DNA of 64,000 nt from Phoronis australis. Its lineage: Eukaryota; Animalia; Phoronida. Both the position numbers and the translations under genes were made by a program. The stretch's first letter is position 1, and the number at the start of each line of letters is the position of its first letter. Below the pieces are notes generated by a model. It was not told where the DNA came from, searched no databases, and worked only from the letters and a program-made list of their open reading frames with translations. Where the stretch lies: contig NMRA01000159.1 of the NCBI GenBank assembly GCA_002633005.1, positions 472,547 to 536,546 of the forward strand, in the 5' to 3' direction. Positions 37,364-50,700 of this stretch are shown here, in pieces.

Positions 37364-40300
37364 TAATTTCCTCTAAGATCAATTACCTATGTTCATAAAA
37401 AGCATACATATTAACGAATTATGAGTACTATATGTTGAAATTTAATTATTAACTTTTTGTTACACAATTTTGTTTGCTTTTCATGAAACTTAGGTGAAAT
37501 CTACAGCCAAATTCTCAACACATGCCAACAGCAGATGAAATCACTGCTTGGGAACAACTAATAATATCTCCAATAGCAGAGAAAAAAGCCACTTCCTGCC
37601 CAATTTTATTCAGGGTTCGTGTAATGAATAAGCCAATAACTCTACCAGAATTAAATATTTTTCTAAAAAATATTATTTTTGATACCTCAAATGAATATAC
37701 TTTACAAAAAAATAACTGAGTGTGTGAAATTTATTATGAAAATTTAACTAAAGCTTTTCTGAAAAACACACCAACTTTGATTTATATAATCTAAAATGTG
37801 ATTAAAATTCCACATTTAGTATCTAAGTCTCGGAAATAATTTATAGAAACAATCAACTCGTTAACCCTGACTGTAGATTGTAAAATGTTTTTGTGTAAAC
37901 CCCTATCAGGTTTCAAACAAAGTTTGCGGAACGTAAATGGGGTAAATTGGGTTTTGTGAATTGGCAGCCAGGTTGTCAGCCATCTTGAGTTTTTCTCTCC
38001 AACCAATGACCAATTGTAAGGTCCAAATATTTTCAGTTGTCTAACGTACAAAAGAATATAAATTTTGCCATTTTGAGGTCAAAACATAAAAAGAAATCTT
38101 GCAACATGTACCTAATTGCAGTTTCGGTCGCCATTTTGACGGTCATATTGGTTTTATTTTACGGAAAATTGGCATCTTTTGATTGGTATGCCTGTTATGA
38201 AAAGTATAAAATCAATGACAAACTTTAACGTTTTATTTCCAACTGATACATATGAGTAATATGCCAGAAAGCAGTAAACACCGGTTTTGGCAGCCATTTT
38301 TTTCGCCATCTTGAAAAAACGACTTCCGCCACTCCGATTTCGGTATACTTTTTTCTGGCACCAAGTGATGTTTGAAGATGCCATTTATGCAAAAACCCAT
38401 TTTGTTGCAATTTTTTCTCGGATTTTTCCATCTGGAGCCCTAGATTGACTAAACTATATACTGTTTAACAGAATCTGATGCCACAGATTTTTTCGTGACC
38501 TGGCTTGTGTTTCGTTGGCTAGTAACTTTCCCAAAAATGTTTGTCTGTATTGTTACAGCTATGTTGCCTTCGGCCGACGTAATACGGTATCAGTGTTCAA
38601 AATGGTCAGTTCTTCGATAAGTCCACTGCAATTTGTTAGTACCCGAGGACATGCTGAATACAATTTATTGAGCGGTCAACTTATGCGTTGAGCATTTAAT
38701 ACTCAGTCAATTCTCACGAAGTTTGGAAAAGAATAATTGGCAGAGTTAATTTTTTATATTCCAAATGCTTTTATCGTTTCGAATGTACACAATATCTCAA
38801 AAGACCCTGGCATTGCCAGACTGTTATGGTACTTGGTCTTCACCATTTTTATGCTACTGAGAAAGCAAACTACTGAAATGTTACGATGAGTAGCAAGTAC
38901 ATGTATGTTTCAAATTAGATGCCTGCTTTTGTATCATGGCATTGCAACGCAATAGGTCCAAAATTAAATGAAGACACAAGGGACCCCTAGTAGCTCAACA
39001 TCACTCTCTGCATCCTCGTAATGTAGGCGAAATGTGCAAACGCTACAGCCAGGGTCTGGGTAGAGAATTTCGACATGAATTTTGCATTATTGCATATGGC
39101 TCCCTTTTCGTACTAAGCCCATCCTGACCCGTGTTCCTTTGAAGCAAGAACTTTACGAAAACGCAAGATTTCTCGAGATATCGCCAAGATAGCTGAATCT
39201 AAACGCATGATCACCTTAGCTTTACTCGCGAAATTCTTGGATTTACGGACCACAGTGATTGAATTGTGAAGGTAGAAAAATACATTACACTAGCTTGGCA
39301 GCTACTGGGAAACGCCGAGAGTAAACAGCTACGCCTAAGAGTGAACATTAATGTTCACCGCAAGGGACAGGAATACTTAATTGAAGACACCGTGTTCAAA
39401 GCTTCAATCATCTGTCACTGTCAGATTTGAGTAGGCAAGGTGTGCGGCTGCGGGATTCTTGGCCACGCAGTACAAATTTCCTTCCAGAACATTTGACCCT
39501 GCCGTAACACAAAGTACGGTTATCAGATATTCTTTAAATGAAAACTAAGAAGGCATTTAAAAACACTGTAAAATAAACAAAATATATAATATATTTACAA
39601 AAGTTGCAACATATATGAACATACTGAGGTAGCCGGAAAGCCAGCTAGCTGTATGAAGACTATCGTCGTGAAACTTATATATAGAGCTAACGACCTGCAG
39701 GGGTGCATGCTAATCTCTCGAGAGTTTGTTCTGAAATTGGGTGTTCTGGTATTAAAATATTAAAAACTTGTAACGAAATAAAACCTCTTCCGATTGTTAT
39801 GACATGTATATACCGGCGCAACCTCACAGTTGACATTTTCACGAATGACGTCGCTCAAGTCGGTTGGCTTACGCAGTACATGTAAATGCACAGTTGATTG
39901 AAGAACATCATGGAAATTAGCCAATAGGCGACGCAATGGCGCCGAAAGCCGACCCGCAATTTTAGCAGCAGAATAACTGTAGAACGCCAATTTTCCAACA
40001 CTGGTAAATAATTTAGTTTACTCAAGAAAGATTAAATTTTTTTAATGAGGCACCATTAATTTTGGCGGCGACAGGCCCGATGAATTATATATGCGACAGA
40101 AGCCGGAGGGAGTGACATTAAGCCGACGGACTGACGTCATCAAGGCCAATACGAAACTGGCCACCCTTCCTCCGCGCCCGCGAAGAAAAGGCCCCCTCCA
40201 AAAAATAGAACACCTTGAATCCAAATAGGGGGCCGGTGCAATACCTGGGACCAAGACGGTGCCGAAACGGGCGAAACGAAGGTCTGTAGTGGAGCGGTGG

Positions 40301-40739
40301 AGACGGAGTTTGTGCAAGCGATGCATTTTTTGTCATAGATCAGTGACTGGCCTGCATGAGTGCCTTTATACAATGACACCAGTTTTTCACTCACTTCTCG
40401 GAATTGTTTTGAGTGATGCTGAATGGATGTCTGGCTATGACAATGAGGCCTATGTAGTCTTTGTTTGACCTAAAAAAGTTTATTGAACCTGAGATACATT
40501 TTCTCGTTACATATCAAACGACTGACTCTGGCATTTTAATCACGAATTTTGAGCCCGCAGACGTGTCTGCACGTACATGTAGTCACTGTCTTTTGAACCA
40601 CAGGCGAGGTGATCTAATATTAATTACTCGTTGCAGGTTGTGCCTTTCATTGAATAAATACAGGCGATGAATAATTCACTAAGACCAGTTAAAACACCCT
40701 CTCTTTTTTAACTCTGTGTTTTGTGTTCGTTGTATTATT

Positions 40740-41450
40740 TCAGGCCATTATGTTAAATGGCAGCAGTGCCAATAGATTCTGTATTGGAGGTGATATCATA
40801 TCCTCTAAAGACACTGTCTGGGTGTCACTTTGGACAAACAGTTAAGTTTTGTACAGCACACCTGAGTTCTCTCGCGGAAGGCTCATGGCGGCGCAGCTTA
40901 GCGTCCTTCAAAGGCTGTTAGGACAGCTTGACCATGTGTCACGGATGGCTATTTTTAGATGCTTTGTCCTGTCACATTTTAGTAACTGTAACTTAGTGTG
41001 GCATTTCTGCGGCGCGACGAACACTGCAAAACTCGAGCGCCTTCAGTACAGGGCACTCAGGTTTGTGTATCAGGACTGGAATGCGAGCTACACCGAACTC
41101 CTCGCTAGAGCAGATCTCCCGACCCTTGAACTGTCTAGAAAGCGCGCGAACCTTCTGGAGGTGTACAAATCATATCATCACTTATCACCCCCTTTCATGT
41201 GGGACCTCTTTGAGGAAAAATGTCTCATTATAATCTTCGCAATAAATCTGTGCTACGTGTGAAGCAATGTCGAACAGTGCGCCAAGGTTTTTAAACCTTT
41301 AAAAACTCTTTGTCAGTTTACGGCGCAAAACTTAGGAACTCTGTTCCCATCATGTGGATTATATACTTTTTATGAATTTTTACTTGTATTAAATTTTGGA
41401 CAGAACCACCGTGCAGGGGCAATGTATGCAGATTTTAAATCTGTTGTGTA
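40740..41450 (+). mobile_element. CR1/L2-group LINE ORF2 3' fragment, frameshifted
   Basis: LGVTLD..L.F, FVLSHFSNCNLVWHFC..KLERLQYRALRFV...LPTLELSR..LLEVYK: post-RT region of CR1/L2-type LINEs. Confidence 0.85.
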
Positions 41451-41484
41451 TGTGTGCGTATGCGTGTGTGGCATACTTTGATGA

Positions 41485-41773
41485 TGTAACGGAGCAAGTC
41501 TCCACTGAACATCAAAAATGTGTATTTCACCTCATCAGGCATACGTTCAGTTCAGTTACACATGATAACGATCGATTTCATGTAGGCAAAGGAAGGAAAT
41601 ACACTTCTCTTAAGCCTGTCGCTAATGAAGTGCGTGACACATACAGTCGCGCCCGCATGCCCACGTAACAAAGGCGCACTGAGACGCAACAAAGACATAA
41701 GCATAAGAATAATCGAACATTTGCACCTAAATAAGAATAACAATAAGCGTAAAGTTACGAACGTCCCGTCACA
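41485..41773 (-). mobile_element. Solo LTR (289 bp, Gypsy-like), 4-bp TSD ATGA
   Basis: TGTAACGG...CCGTCACA termini; ATGA on both flanks; reverse complement of 57749-58045. Confidence 0.85.
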
Positions 41774-41829
41774 ATGATATTTCGTGTTTTCTCATTTTAT
41801 CATGTGTTTGGTTTTTCACTCGTTTTATG

Positions 41830-43755
41830 TTATTACTTGGCGAAATAAATTTCGCCAAGTATGTTGCTCTGTCGTCAATTTTACTTGGCGAAATAAATTT
41901 CGCCAAGTATGTTGCTCTTCCACTTTGTTTTTCGTCCGATCATCACGAAATTTACACACAACACGTACTTCCGGAAGTACTGGAAGCCTATTGTTTTTCG
42001 TCAAAATCGGATCCAAGATGGCGGCTGTGGCGGCCATTGTGTTTCCATTTAAAGGTTCAAATGCTTCTGGAGGCTACAATTTTTTACGTAACCGGCTAAG
42101 AATCGGCACAGTAAATGGACCGGAAGTTTGCTACAACTATGCCGGAAATTGTTTACTTCCGGTTTAAGATGGCGGAAATATCGGCGCACCTCGATTTTGG
42201 CCTAAAAACGTTTTCTCCTGTAGAGGGCGCATTATAAGACCAATTCCTTCGAATTTTTACAGGTATTAGTTTCTTATGACATGCTATTATACAAAACCAA
42301 ACAACCGGAAGTTGCTTTCAAGATGGCGGATATGGCGCATGTTGACCCATTTTCAGTCGTGCTGGAGTGCGATTTTAAACGGGAAGACAAAAAGACGTGA
42401 TTTTTTGCATGTAGATTCTTTGAAGTATAATCTTTCAAATGGCCTGTAACAATTTTTCTCTCAGACTTACCGTTTTCGAGTTATTTGACTTTGAATTTCT
42501 TTAAAAAAACGCAAAATTTCATTTTTTTTCGAAAAATTTACGGAATTAGGCGATACCATCAGTTTAGATAGAATTTTGAACGGGCTTTCAGAAGATGTTT
42601 TCCATTTTTCGCTAGGACGTCTACTTTTCGAGTTATTTGAGATTTTCTACTAACACTGTTCCTTTGTTGCGTGATCTTCCTGCATTGATGTTGGTTTATC
42701 TTCTATTGAACTAGACTGTAGCCTATTTCTTAATGATTTATGACATCTAAATTCGTCATATGAATGTTATGATGTTCTTCATCATGGCCACCACCATCAT
42801 CATATTCGTCATCTTCGTCATCATCTCCGACGTCGTCTTTTCTTCAGTTAATTTCGCCAAGTGTCGCTCAAGACTAGCCTTTTTCTTACTGATTTCGGAC
42901 TTCAACGTTCGTCATGTGTATGTTATTATTACTTCTTTTGTTCATCCTCGCCACCATCTTCGTCATATTCGTCATCTTCGTCATCATCTTTATCGTCATC
43001 TTTTTGATTAATTTCGCCAAGGTTCGCTCCTCGGAGCGCTTTCATTTTTGTTCGCACTCTACAGGTCGCAATTTTCCTCCGATTCTCACTAAATTTGCAC
43101 ACGACGTGTAGATTGGAAAGTCCTGGAAGCCTATTGTTTTTGGTCATGATCGGATTCAAAATGGCGGACGTGGCGGCCATTTTGTTTCGGATTTCAGAGT
43201 CAAATGCTCATAGAGACCGCATTTTTCGAGGTACAGGGCTGAAACATAGTACGATTATTATAGAACACATGTGCTACAACTGTGCCGAAAATCGTTGACT
43301 TCCGGTCAAGATGGCGGAACTATTGACGATGGCGCATGCGCCCCTCGATATCTGGCCAAAAACGTTTTCTCCTGTAGAGGGCGCATTGGCGAACCAATCA
43401 CTTTCAAACTGGTCACGTGTTTCTTGCTATTGATCAGCTTTTATAAATTTTGTTTAACTGGAAGTCACTTTCAAGATGGCGGCTCTGGCGCATTTTCACC
43501 CATTTTCACTCGTTCTGTTGTCGCCTTTTTAATGGGAAGAACAAATGACGTGAATTTTCGTATGTATTCCTTGAAGTATGCTCTTTCAAAAGTTCTGCGA
43601 TAACGGTTTTCTCAGACTCACCGTTTTCGTGTTACTTGACTTTGAATTTCAAAAAAGCAAAATTTCAATTTTTTCGAAAACTTGATGGAGTGTTGCAAAA
43701 CTATCAATTTAGATAGAGTTTTGGACGGGCTTTCAGAAGATATTTTCCAGTCGGT
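41830..43755 (+). mobile_element. Two tandem diverged HINE-like elements (family B)
   Basis: 5' hairpin ACTTGGCGAAATAAATTTCGCCAAGT (locally duplicated); 41930-42620 is homologous to 43070-43750; 3' subTIR atttcgccaag at ~42851 and ~43011; (tca/tcg)-rich microsatellites. Confidence 0.65.
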
Positions 43756-45517
43756 GATATTAGCCTTTGGCTAGTGTTTGTCTATTTTGTCAAACTGATT
43801 ATAAATAAAGAGAATTGATTTCAATTTGATTTTTATAAGTTGCAGTTGTTTTCTCATCAACCGAAATTCAGTGCCTGCTAACCCACTAACTGCAGTGAAT
43901 CGTTTTTTTATCTCAGTTGAGTCAGAGGGTGACACCGTCGTGCCACAGTGCCCTCGAGACTTCCCCTTTGGTAACGGAAGTAAAACAATACCTGTCACAG
44001 TACTGCAGACTCGTTGTACTGCTTGTAAAGTTACAGGCGAACTTCTGTTCACATTAGCCCGTTATACATGTGCTACATACTCACCACAGGGTATTTACAT
44101 AGATCATAGTATCCCAGAGCATATGTGTTGGAATATATGAACGCATTTACAAAATGTGGCTGTTAATAAATTGACTTCTGATAATGTTTCACATTTAATA
44201 ATTTGCATTTTAGATTTCAAAATCACAAAAATGTGAGTGCAGTCATTAAAACTAGCATCCTAAGTGACCCAAGAACAGAGATAGTGAGTAAAATGTATTT
44301 TATGGAATCAATTATTTTCCGATTTGTTATTCCATGAGGTTTCCAAATATGAGTTGTTCCCCCTCCAAAAAAAAACCAACAAAATTACACAACAAACCTG
44401 AATAGTTCATACTATTTTTAAATGTATCATCTGGAAGTGCAATCGTTGACCCATAGCCATTACTACCCGAATTTGTTAAGTTCTGGTGCCTCCATTGCCG
44501 CGCCCCAGAACTTGCCAAAGACATTTTGGTGTAAAAGAGAATAAAATATGACTTTCAATATTTATTAGGAATTATTTAATTCCAGCTATCACGTTGCTCC
44601 TTTGTTTTAAGTTATTGACACAAACTCTACATATAGGTTTAAATAAAAAACATGTTAATTTTATCACAATATACTGCTTTTGATTGACTTCGTCAAATCC
44701 GCCAGCTAAGTCACCTGATTGGATTTTAAGACAGAAAGTCGCCATGAAGAACCAATCAAGTGTCTTAGACCGTTGAGACGGCAGAACTGAAGTGTTTCAT
44801 GAGCAGCCAGTCTGAGTGATATTCGGCACTCGCCAGCTGCCCTGTCTACCTGTCATCATACAGTGTAGTTTAGGTCAGAGAGAAGGCCGATCATTTTTAA
44901 CTACAAGGTTATACAAATTTAACACTCTACTGCATCAAAAGGCAGACCGGACGACTCACCCGACGTCTGAAAACAATTTCACACGTGAATGCTGATCAGA
45001 ATCCCGATATGTCATTTTGTCGTCCAACCCAAAGTCAGGCGGCAGTTCAACCTTCTTACTAGCCCTGGTACAAAACTGTATAGATTTCGACGCTGGTCAT
45101 AACACAGCTAGTTGAAGCAGGTACCATTCTTTCCTACATCTCAAGTACGTGATTATTTGCCTATTCAAGGTGATCGCGGTGAGTGTAAACATTCGTGTCA
45201 AAGTAAATGACTCGTCAGACGGCAGACAGGACGCCTTCGTGAACGCTCGTTTTAAGCGTCCGGTCTGGCTTCTGAGCAGACGTCTGAGCGGGTGGAATTC
45301 AGTAGCTGCGTAATCTGGCAAAGTCTTGTTTTTCTAGCGAGGTCCCAGCATTACTGAACTAATCCTGCCTTCGCACAGAACCGGCACGTCTGACCGAGGT
45401 ATAAGTCCGTCCACAAATACTGACGACTGGACAGCCAGTGTTAAGAGACCAAAACCGTTTGTGCTGCTACACGCTAAATATCGTAATTCATTGCTAAGTT
45501 ATATGGAAACACAACAT

Positions 45518-45700
45518 TTATAAATAAATCTTCGCTAACAACACCGTAAAGGCAACCGACATAGCAGACGACGTTGCTTGAGATGCCCGGTCGGTAAGGT
45601 CTTTGTTGCTGGTGTACACTGTGCGCTTTCCAATAGGCTGAGGAGGCCGGAAGTTGTTGATAAGATTTTCACCAAGACTGACTGCTCGGAATTTGTCAAG
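45518..45700 (-). CDS. Carbonic anhydrase exon 6 ([19 protein letters not shown]..hydrophobic tail*)
   Basis: NFRP.QP motif; ttgcag acceptor; TAA stop. Confidence 0.93.
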   Translation of the reverse strand, partial: LDKFRAVSLGENLINNFRPPQPIGKRTVYTSNKDLTDRASQATSSAMSVAFTVLLAKIYL

Positions 45701-47691
45701 CTGCAAAAAATATTCGCATCTTAACTAGATTTAGAAATAGTGAGTATTTCATTTTGCATTAAAACAATTAGAACACTTGTGGAGACTGTTCTCCTGTGTT
45801 ACCTGACTGGAGTATTGTGAAGAACATTTGTCTTGAAAATGGTTTAGCGATAATAAAACCGAAACGTCGACTAATACAATGTCATAGTTTACCTATGCGC
45901 TGATTTTAAAATAGGTTTGTGTGATACAAATAGTTTGAGTTGTAAATTTAACTGAAATGAACGTTTTTGCATAAATAAAGTCAAAATAATGATGAAAACG
46001 GGACGAAAAAAGAGGAAACTGAAAACCAAATATAAGAGGAAATCGAAACCAAAATAAATGAACTCTTAAAAGTGGAAAATTCCAAGCCCTGAAATGGTAA
46101 TATTTTCAGTCACAGGCGCTGTAAAAACCGAAAGAGTAGAGATTTCTTAAACGTTCGTGTTCTTTTATGTAGGCGAGATGGTAGACCATTACCTGCGCTT
46201 CGCTGAGCTCGATACTATTGGAGAACAGGGTCCATGTGACCACCTCGGAACATGGCGGCGTTGTCAAGCTTCCCTGGTAACGGTAGTAGCTTGTCATCTT
46301 GGAGGTAGGCAACATCAGGTTACTCATAGTGAAATTTTTTAGTGTTGTGCTGTTGCCTATAAACAACAAAAGTGGATAAAGCAAAATTGCCGACACTCTA
46401 AAAGAAAACGAGACCTGAAATTTTACGTTTTCCTATTGGATAGAAGGTGTGGAGTGGTTTACACGTCCCTTCCAACCTCTTCTTGCGGTTAAGTCCCGGG
46501 GCTGGACGTCGCCTTTTCAACTCGTTCACAAAATTTGTAAGAGGACAATAAACCCAGCTGTTCCTCCAAAAACCAACATTTGATGTCGAAAAGCCATTTG
46601 ATTCATTTTAGGAATGTTTAGCATGTCGTCATTTTGAGGTTTTGGACTCAGATTGACGGCGTGTCTGTTCGCTTGTTTAGTTATGACTTGTCATGACACT
46701 AGATAACGCACGATTTGGACCCGGAAGTAAGAATAGACATGCCGTCACACTGGGTCCAAAACGTCATAATGACGTCAAAACGACTTATCTACTGCCATGA
46801 CGCGTCATTATTAAACATCCGATTAGCCAGGGAGCTGTTTCCTCTGTCAGACCAGGCCCGTTGTCAAGGAGGATTAGTTTCACTCCTCATGGTAGTGTGA
46901 CCTCCGTGGAATATCCAGGCGACTTATTGCTACTTTTAATCGATGTATAAGAAAGCGGTGTCGTTTCTAAGCAAGTACACCGGAGGAATAAAGAAACATT
47001 TTCTGATCTGCTTCTTCTCAACTGATTTTGTTTGCTTAGAACCGCTTACCGTTGGAAGAAATATTTGGGAAACGCTCGAGGAAACTGTCCCAAGCAGGGT
47101 TGGCATCGCCGACTTCTATGAAGAAACCGAGCACCGCGAGGCCGTCTGGTCTACTCAAACATGTCGTCACGTTCGGATAGCACTCAGCATTCATGTGAAC
47201 TATATGCATCTGGAAAAATCAGTGATTATGTGAACAAGTTTAAACCGTGTCTATATCCAAGGTGACTTTGCTTTCAAGTTTTTGTATTTTTGAAAATAAT
47301 TTGGATCCTTTCATGCAACACTGACAACTTAGGGACTAAAGCCACGTTTACATGATGTTTTCACCCGAGAGTATATTTTCACCCAATTGTATGTTTACTT
47401 ACAGTATGTATTTTTGCCATATAATTGCAAATACACCCGGGTGTAAAGCTACATTACACCACCTCCAGGGGGCGTATATCTAAATTTACACACGTGCAAA
47501 TGTTCAAGTAGCGCGAGTGATCGCGATTTTAATTTACACGCAGGTGTAAAACCAAGATCAATCCGCCAAAAACACCATTACGAAATTATTTCTGCACGCC
47601 ATTTCTTGTTAAAGCAACACCACTTCCTTTTAACGCTAATAAGATCCTCTGTCGTCATGTGCGGTTTGGTCCGGTCTTTTCTTGACATGTA

Positions 47692-47765
<74 letters not shown>

Positions 47766-50700
47766 GTGAAAATTTTTCATCATAACAAATCAGCTGTTAG
47801 GTTCGGTTTGCAAGTTTGTTGTTCACTTTAATTGAACGCTGAATTTACAAAAGCCAGCCCGTTATGAACGCGACCCTGCCATGTTATGTATACATAAAAA
47901 TGACATCAATATCAGTGGCTGATTAAGGGGCTAGGGGTGGGAAAAGGGGCCATGTCATAATAAAATTCTCCCTGATTCTATTTGGCAGTTCGGGGTGCGA
48001 ATGTTTGACGTGCAAAATCCTGGCTAATACTCTGCCCTGTCACCTCCCCCTTAGTCAAATATTGGATCCGCCCCTGAGTATCGATAACCACGCGACCATT
48101 GATCTGCGACTTCCATCGACACCACTAATAGACCGACGAAAAATAAATACACAGCATTGATTCCACAAACGGCCGCGTCTCCCCTTGCGTCTACGGAACT
48201 ACATGCTCACTTGATGATGTTTTTGGTAATAATGACAATAGAAAAAGTAATAGTATTAGTAAAAATTAATTGTTTTGGTTTAAATTATAATAATAATAAC
48301 AATAACAACAATAACAATAATAAACATAACAACAATGATAATGACAACAATAACTATAACGATAACAACAAGAACAATGAAAATAATAAGAGTTATAAAG
48401 CCAAGCGTCGTCAAGTTTTAGCCGGCGTAAACGTACCTGTAATTGCGGCTATTTTCAGTTTTTATCAAGTTTAAAGTCGCTTTAACCATTGAGACTTCAA
48501 TACACCCAAGAAAACGTATATAACGGCAGACTTCGAGAAATATCGCTGTGCATTCTAAGCTAAACACGTGATCGCATTAGCTTCCTTACACGAGACTCCA
48601 GTGTCTACGGAACTCCTCACCCCCCCCCTCTCAGTGCCGAGTAACATCCTCTCTAAGTGTAAAGTCTCACCTCCTTAGGATAGGCTTTGCCCGCCACCGT
48701 GTGCTCCGAGCCCTTGCTGCTGTCTGTGCCCCAATGGAAATGGAATTGGACAGCCTCCCAGCTTCCCGCCACACCAGGTAAGGTCATGGTCATTCCCTGG
48801 TTCAGAGTAACAACCACTGAAAAAGAGAGCATGCGAGTCTATTCTAACAAGGCTTGGCAATAAGAAACTTGTCGGAATCGAGCTAATCTTCTTAATGGAA
48901 TTCAGTACACTGCGTAATTGGCATACTTGATCTTGAAATGTTTGTTTTCAAACGCGATCAAACTTGTAGCTTGCTGATTTGTTGGTGTCTTTGACTAACC
49001 ACTATTCAGTCTGGGGTAACCTCCAGCCGTAACAGTTTTATGTGCCACTGGATCAAGGTTTCCTCAGCCGAGAGAGTGTGATTGCCCCAGTGCAACGGCT
49101 TTACCACATTAAAAACATCACGCACAGGTTTGTTGTGTGATTCATCATTTCCGATCTGACTGGGAGAAGGAAGCAAGGACGCCCTCGCCTTCGCTACAAA
49201 GACACCGTCAAAGCCAACCTGAAGTGGTGCAACATCAAACCCAAGGAGCTGAAAGCTGTTGCAGGAGAGAGACCAAAGTGGCGAGCCACGATTCGAAAAG
49301 CAACTGCCAGTTTTGAGGATGACCGCTGTAAGAGACTCGAAGCTGCTCGAGAGAAACCCCACTCAGCACGACGGAGTTCCAATGCCCCACCTGTTCTCGA
49401 CTCTGCGCGTCAAGACTGGGACTGCAGAGCCATCTTCGTGTACATAGACGATGAGACACACAACCTACGTCATCTTCGGATCCGAAGGACTACCAACAAC
49501 CAGTCTGGACAAGCAAACTTTTATACACTTTTGTTTGGCTATGTTTGGTAGAATTTTTCGCTATTTTGCAAATTGGGTGTGAGTTTTATTCATATGATTT
49601 ATGTTTAATTTGTCTTTTTGCATTTACTTTCTATGATTGCCCAACCATCCCATCGCAGGCACTATGCCGTTTTTAGAGCTGTCTTGAACGTGTGTCGGGT
49701 CTGCCTCGCGACATTCTCGATTATCCTATACCAAAGATTTTATCTTTGCCAATACATATGTCACGGGTTCGGGGTAAGGAGAAAGACCACGCCGGAATGC
49801 ACTTAGTTGTTTATTTTTGGTGGTGCACCACCACCTAAAATGACTGCCGCAGGGAGTGACAGCTGACTCGTGCATTATGGGTACTTACTCAACTGCCGCC
49901 TATGTAATGAGATTTTCCCGGAAACCCGCCAGCTTTTTTATATTGATAGTAAAACGAGACTGTTTACATTTTGGTGATGTCTTTCGACTAACAAAACTCG
50001 CCCTGTGTTTTAAAATAGTTAACGTAAATGTGTCTTCAAAAGATATCCCAGTTTGACTAGTTTCGGAACATCATATCTGGGAAATGGCTGATTAGATTCG
50101 AAGGAAACTTTCAGATATTATATTTCATGCACTGTCCTTCAAAGTCTGTTAGGAGGAATTGTTTTTAAAATGTTTCACTTTTGCATGACAGGCTATCAAA
50201 TATAGGACTTTCATGGTTTTTAGGAAAAATTCAAAAGTTGCATGAAACGATGTGATAATTTAGAAAACTAATACCGTTTTTGCGATTTTGTCTTTGACAT
50301 TAATATTAAACGAAATTTGGTCATGTTATTGATTTCGTTGTATGGCTATAAATTTGCCTTTCTTTTGCTTGATTTTATTTCAAAAGACGTAGTCGTAAGT
50401 CAAAAAATCAAATTCTACAGAGTTTCTACTTCCAGAAAACATATTCTTTTACCGAGTTAAATTATGTAGTTTTGTACACATTTGGCTATATATACATATT
50501 TCTCGATAAAGCCCTACTTCACTTTAGCGCTCGAAATATTTTCGCTCGTCGTTTTACGCTCGTCGTTTTACAAGCGTGACAAACAAGCGTAAATTACAAA
50601 GTTAACGTACTGTAATGGACGTACAATATTTTCAAAGTTCAGATGACCAGCAACCTAGTCTCTCCCTGGACATAACGATTACTCTCCTAAAACACGGGCT

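Larger units (their letters stand above)
34541..38451 (-). mobile_element. Academ-like DNA transposon relic
   Basis: TAGTC...GACTA termini; ~170-bp imperfect inverted ends (ttgcataaat...accg.aatcggag.ggcg.aagt...ttttcaagatgg); internal transposase fragment; no clear TSD. Confidence 0.55.

Noticed and set aside
40042-40394. Possible FLYWCH/MULE-like N-terminus (KGTHAGQSLIYDKK..)
   Set aside because: Needs a frameshift and lacks the W-x-C and His motifs; too weak to call.
42760-43180. Hydrophobic, His-rich and acidic low-complexity ORFs
   Set aside because: Translations of a TCA/TCG microsatellite inside a repeat element.
48157-48474. Poly-Asn ORF within the CA gene, suggestive of a nacrein-like insert
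   Set aside because: It is on the opposite strand to CA, intronic, and generated by an AAT/AAC microsatellite; exons 3 and 4 join in phase without it.
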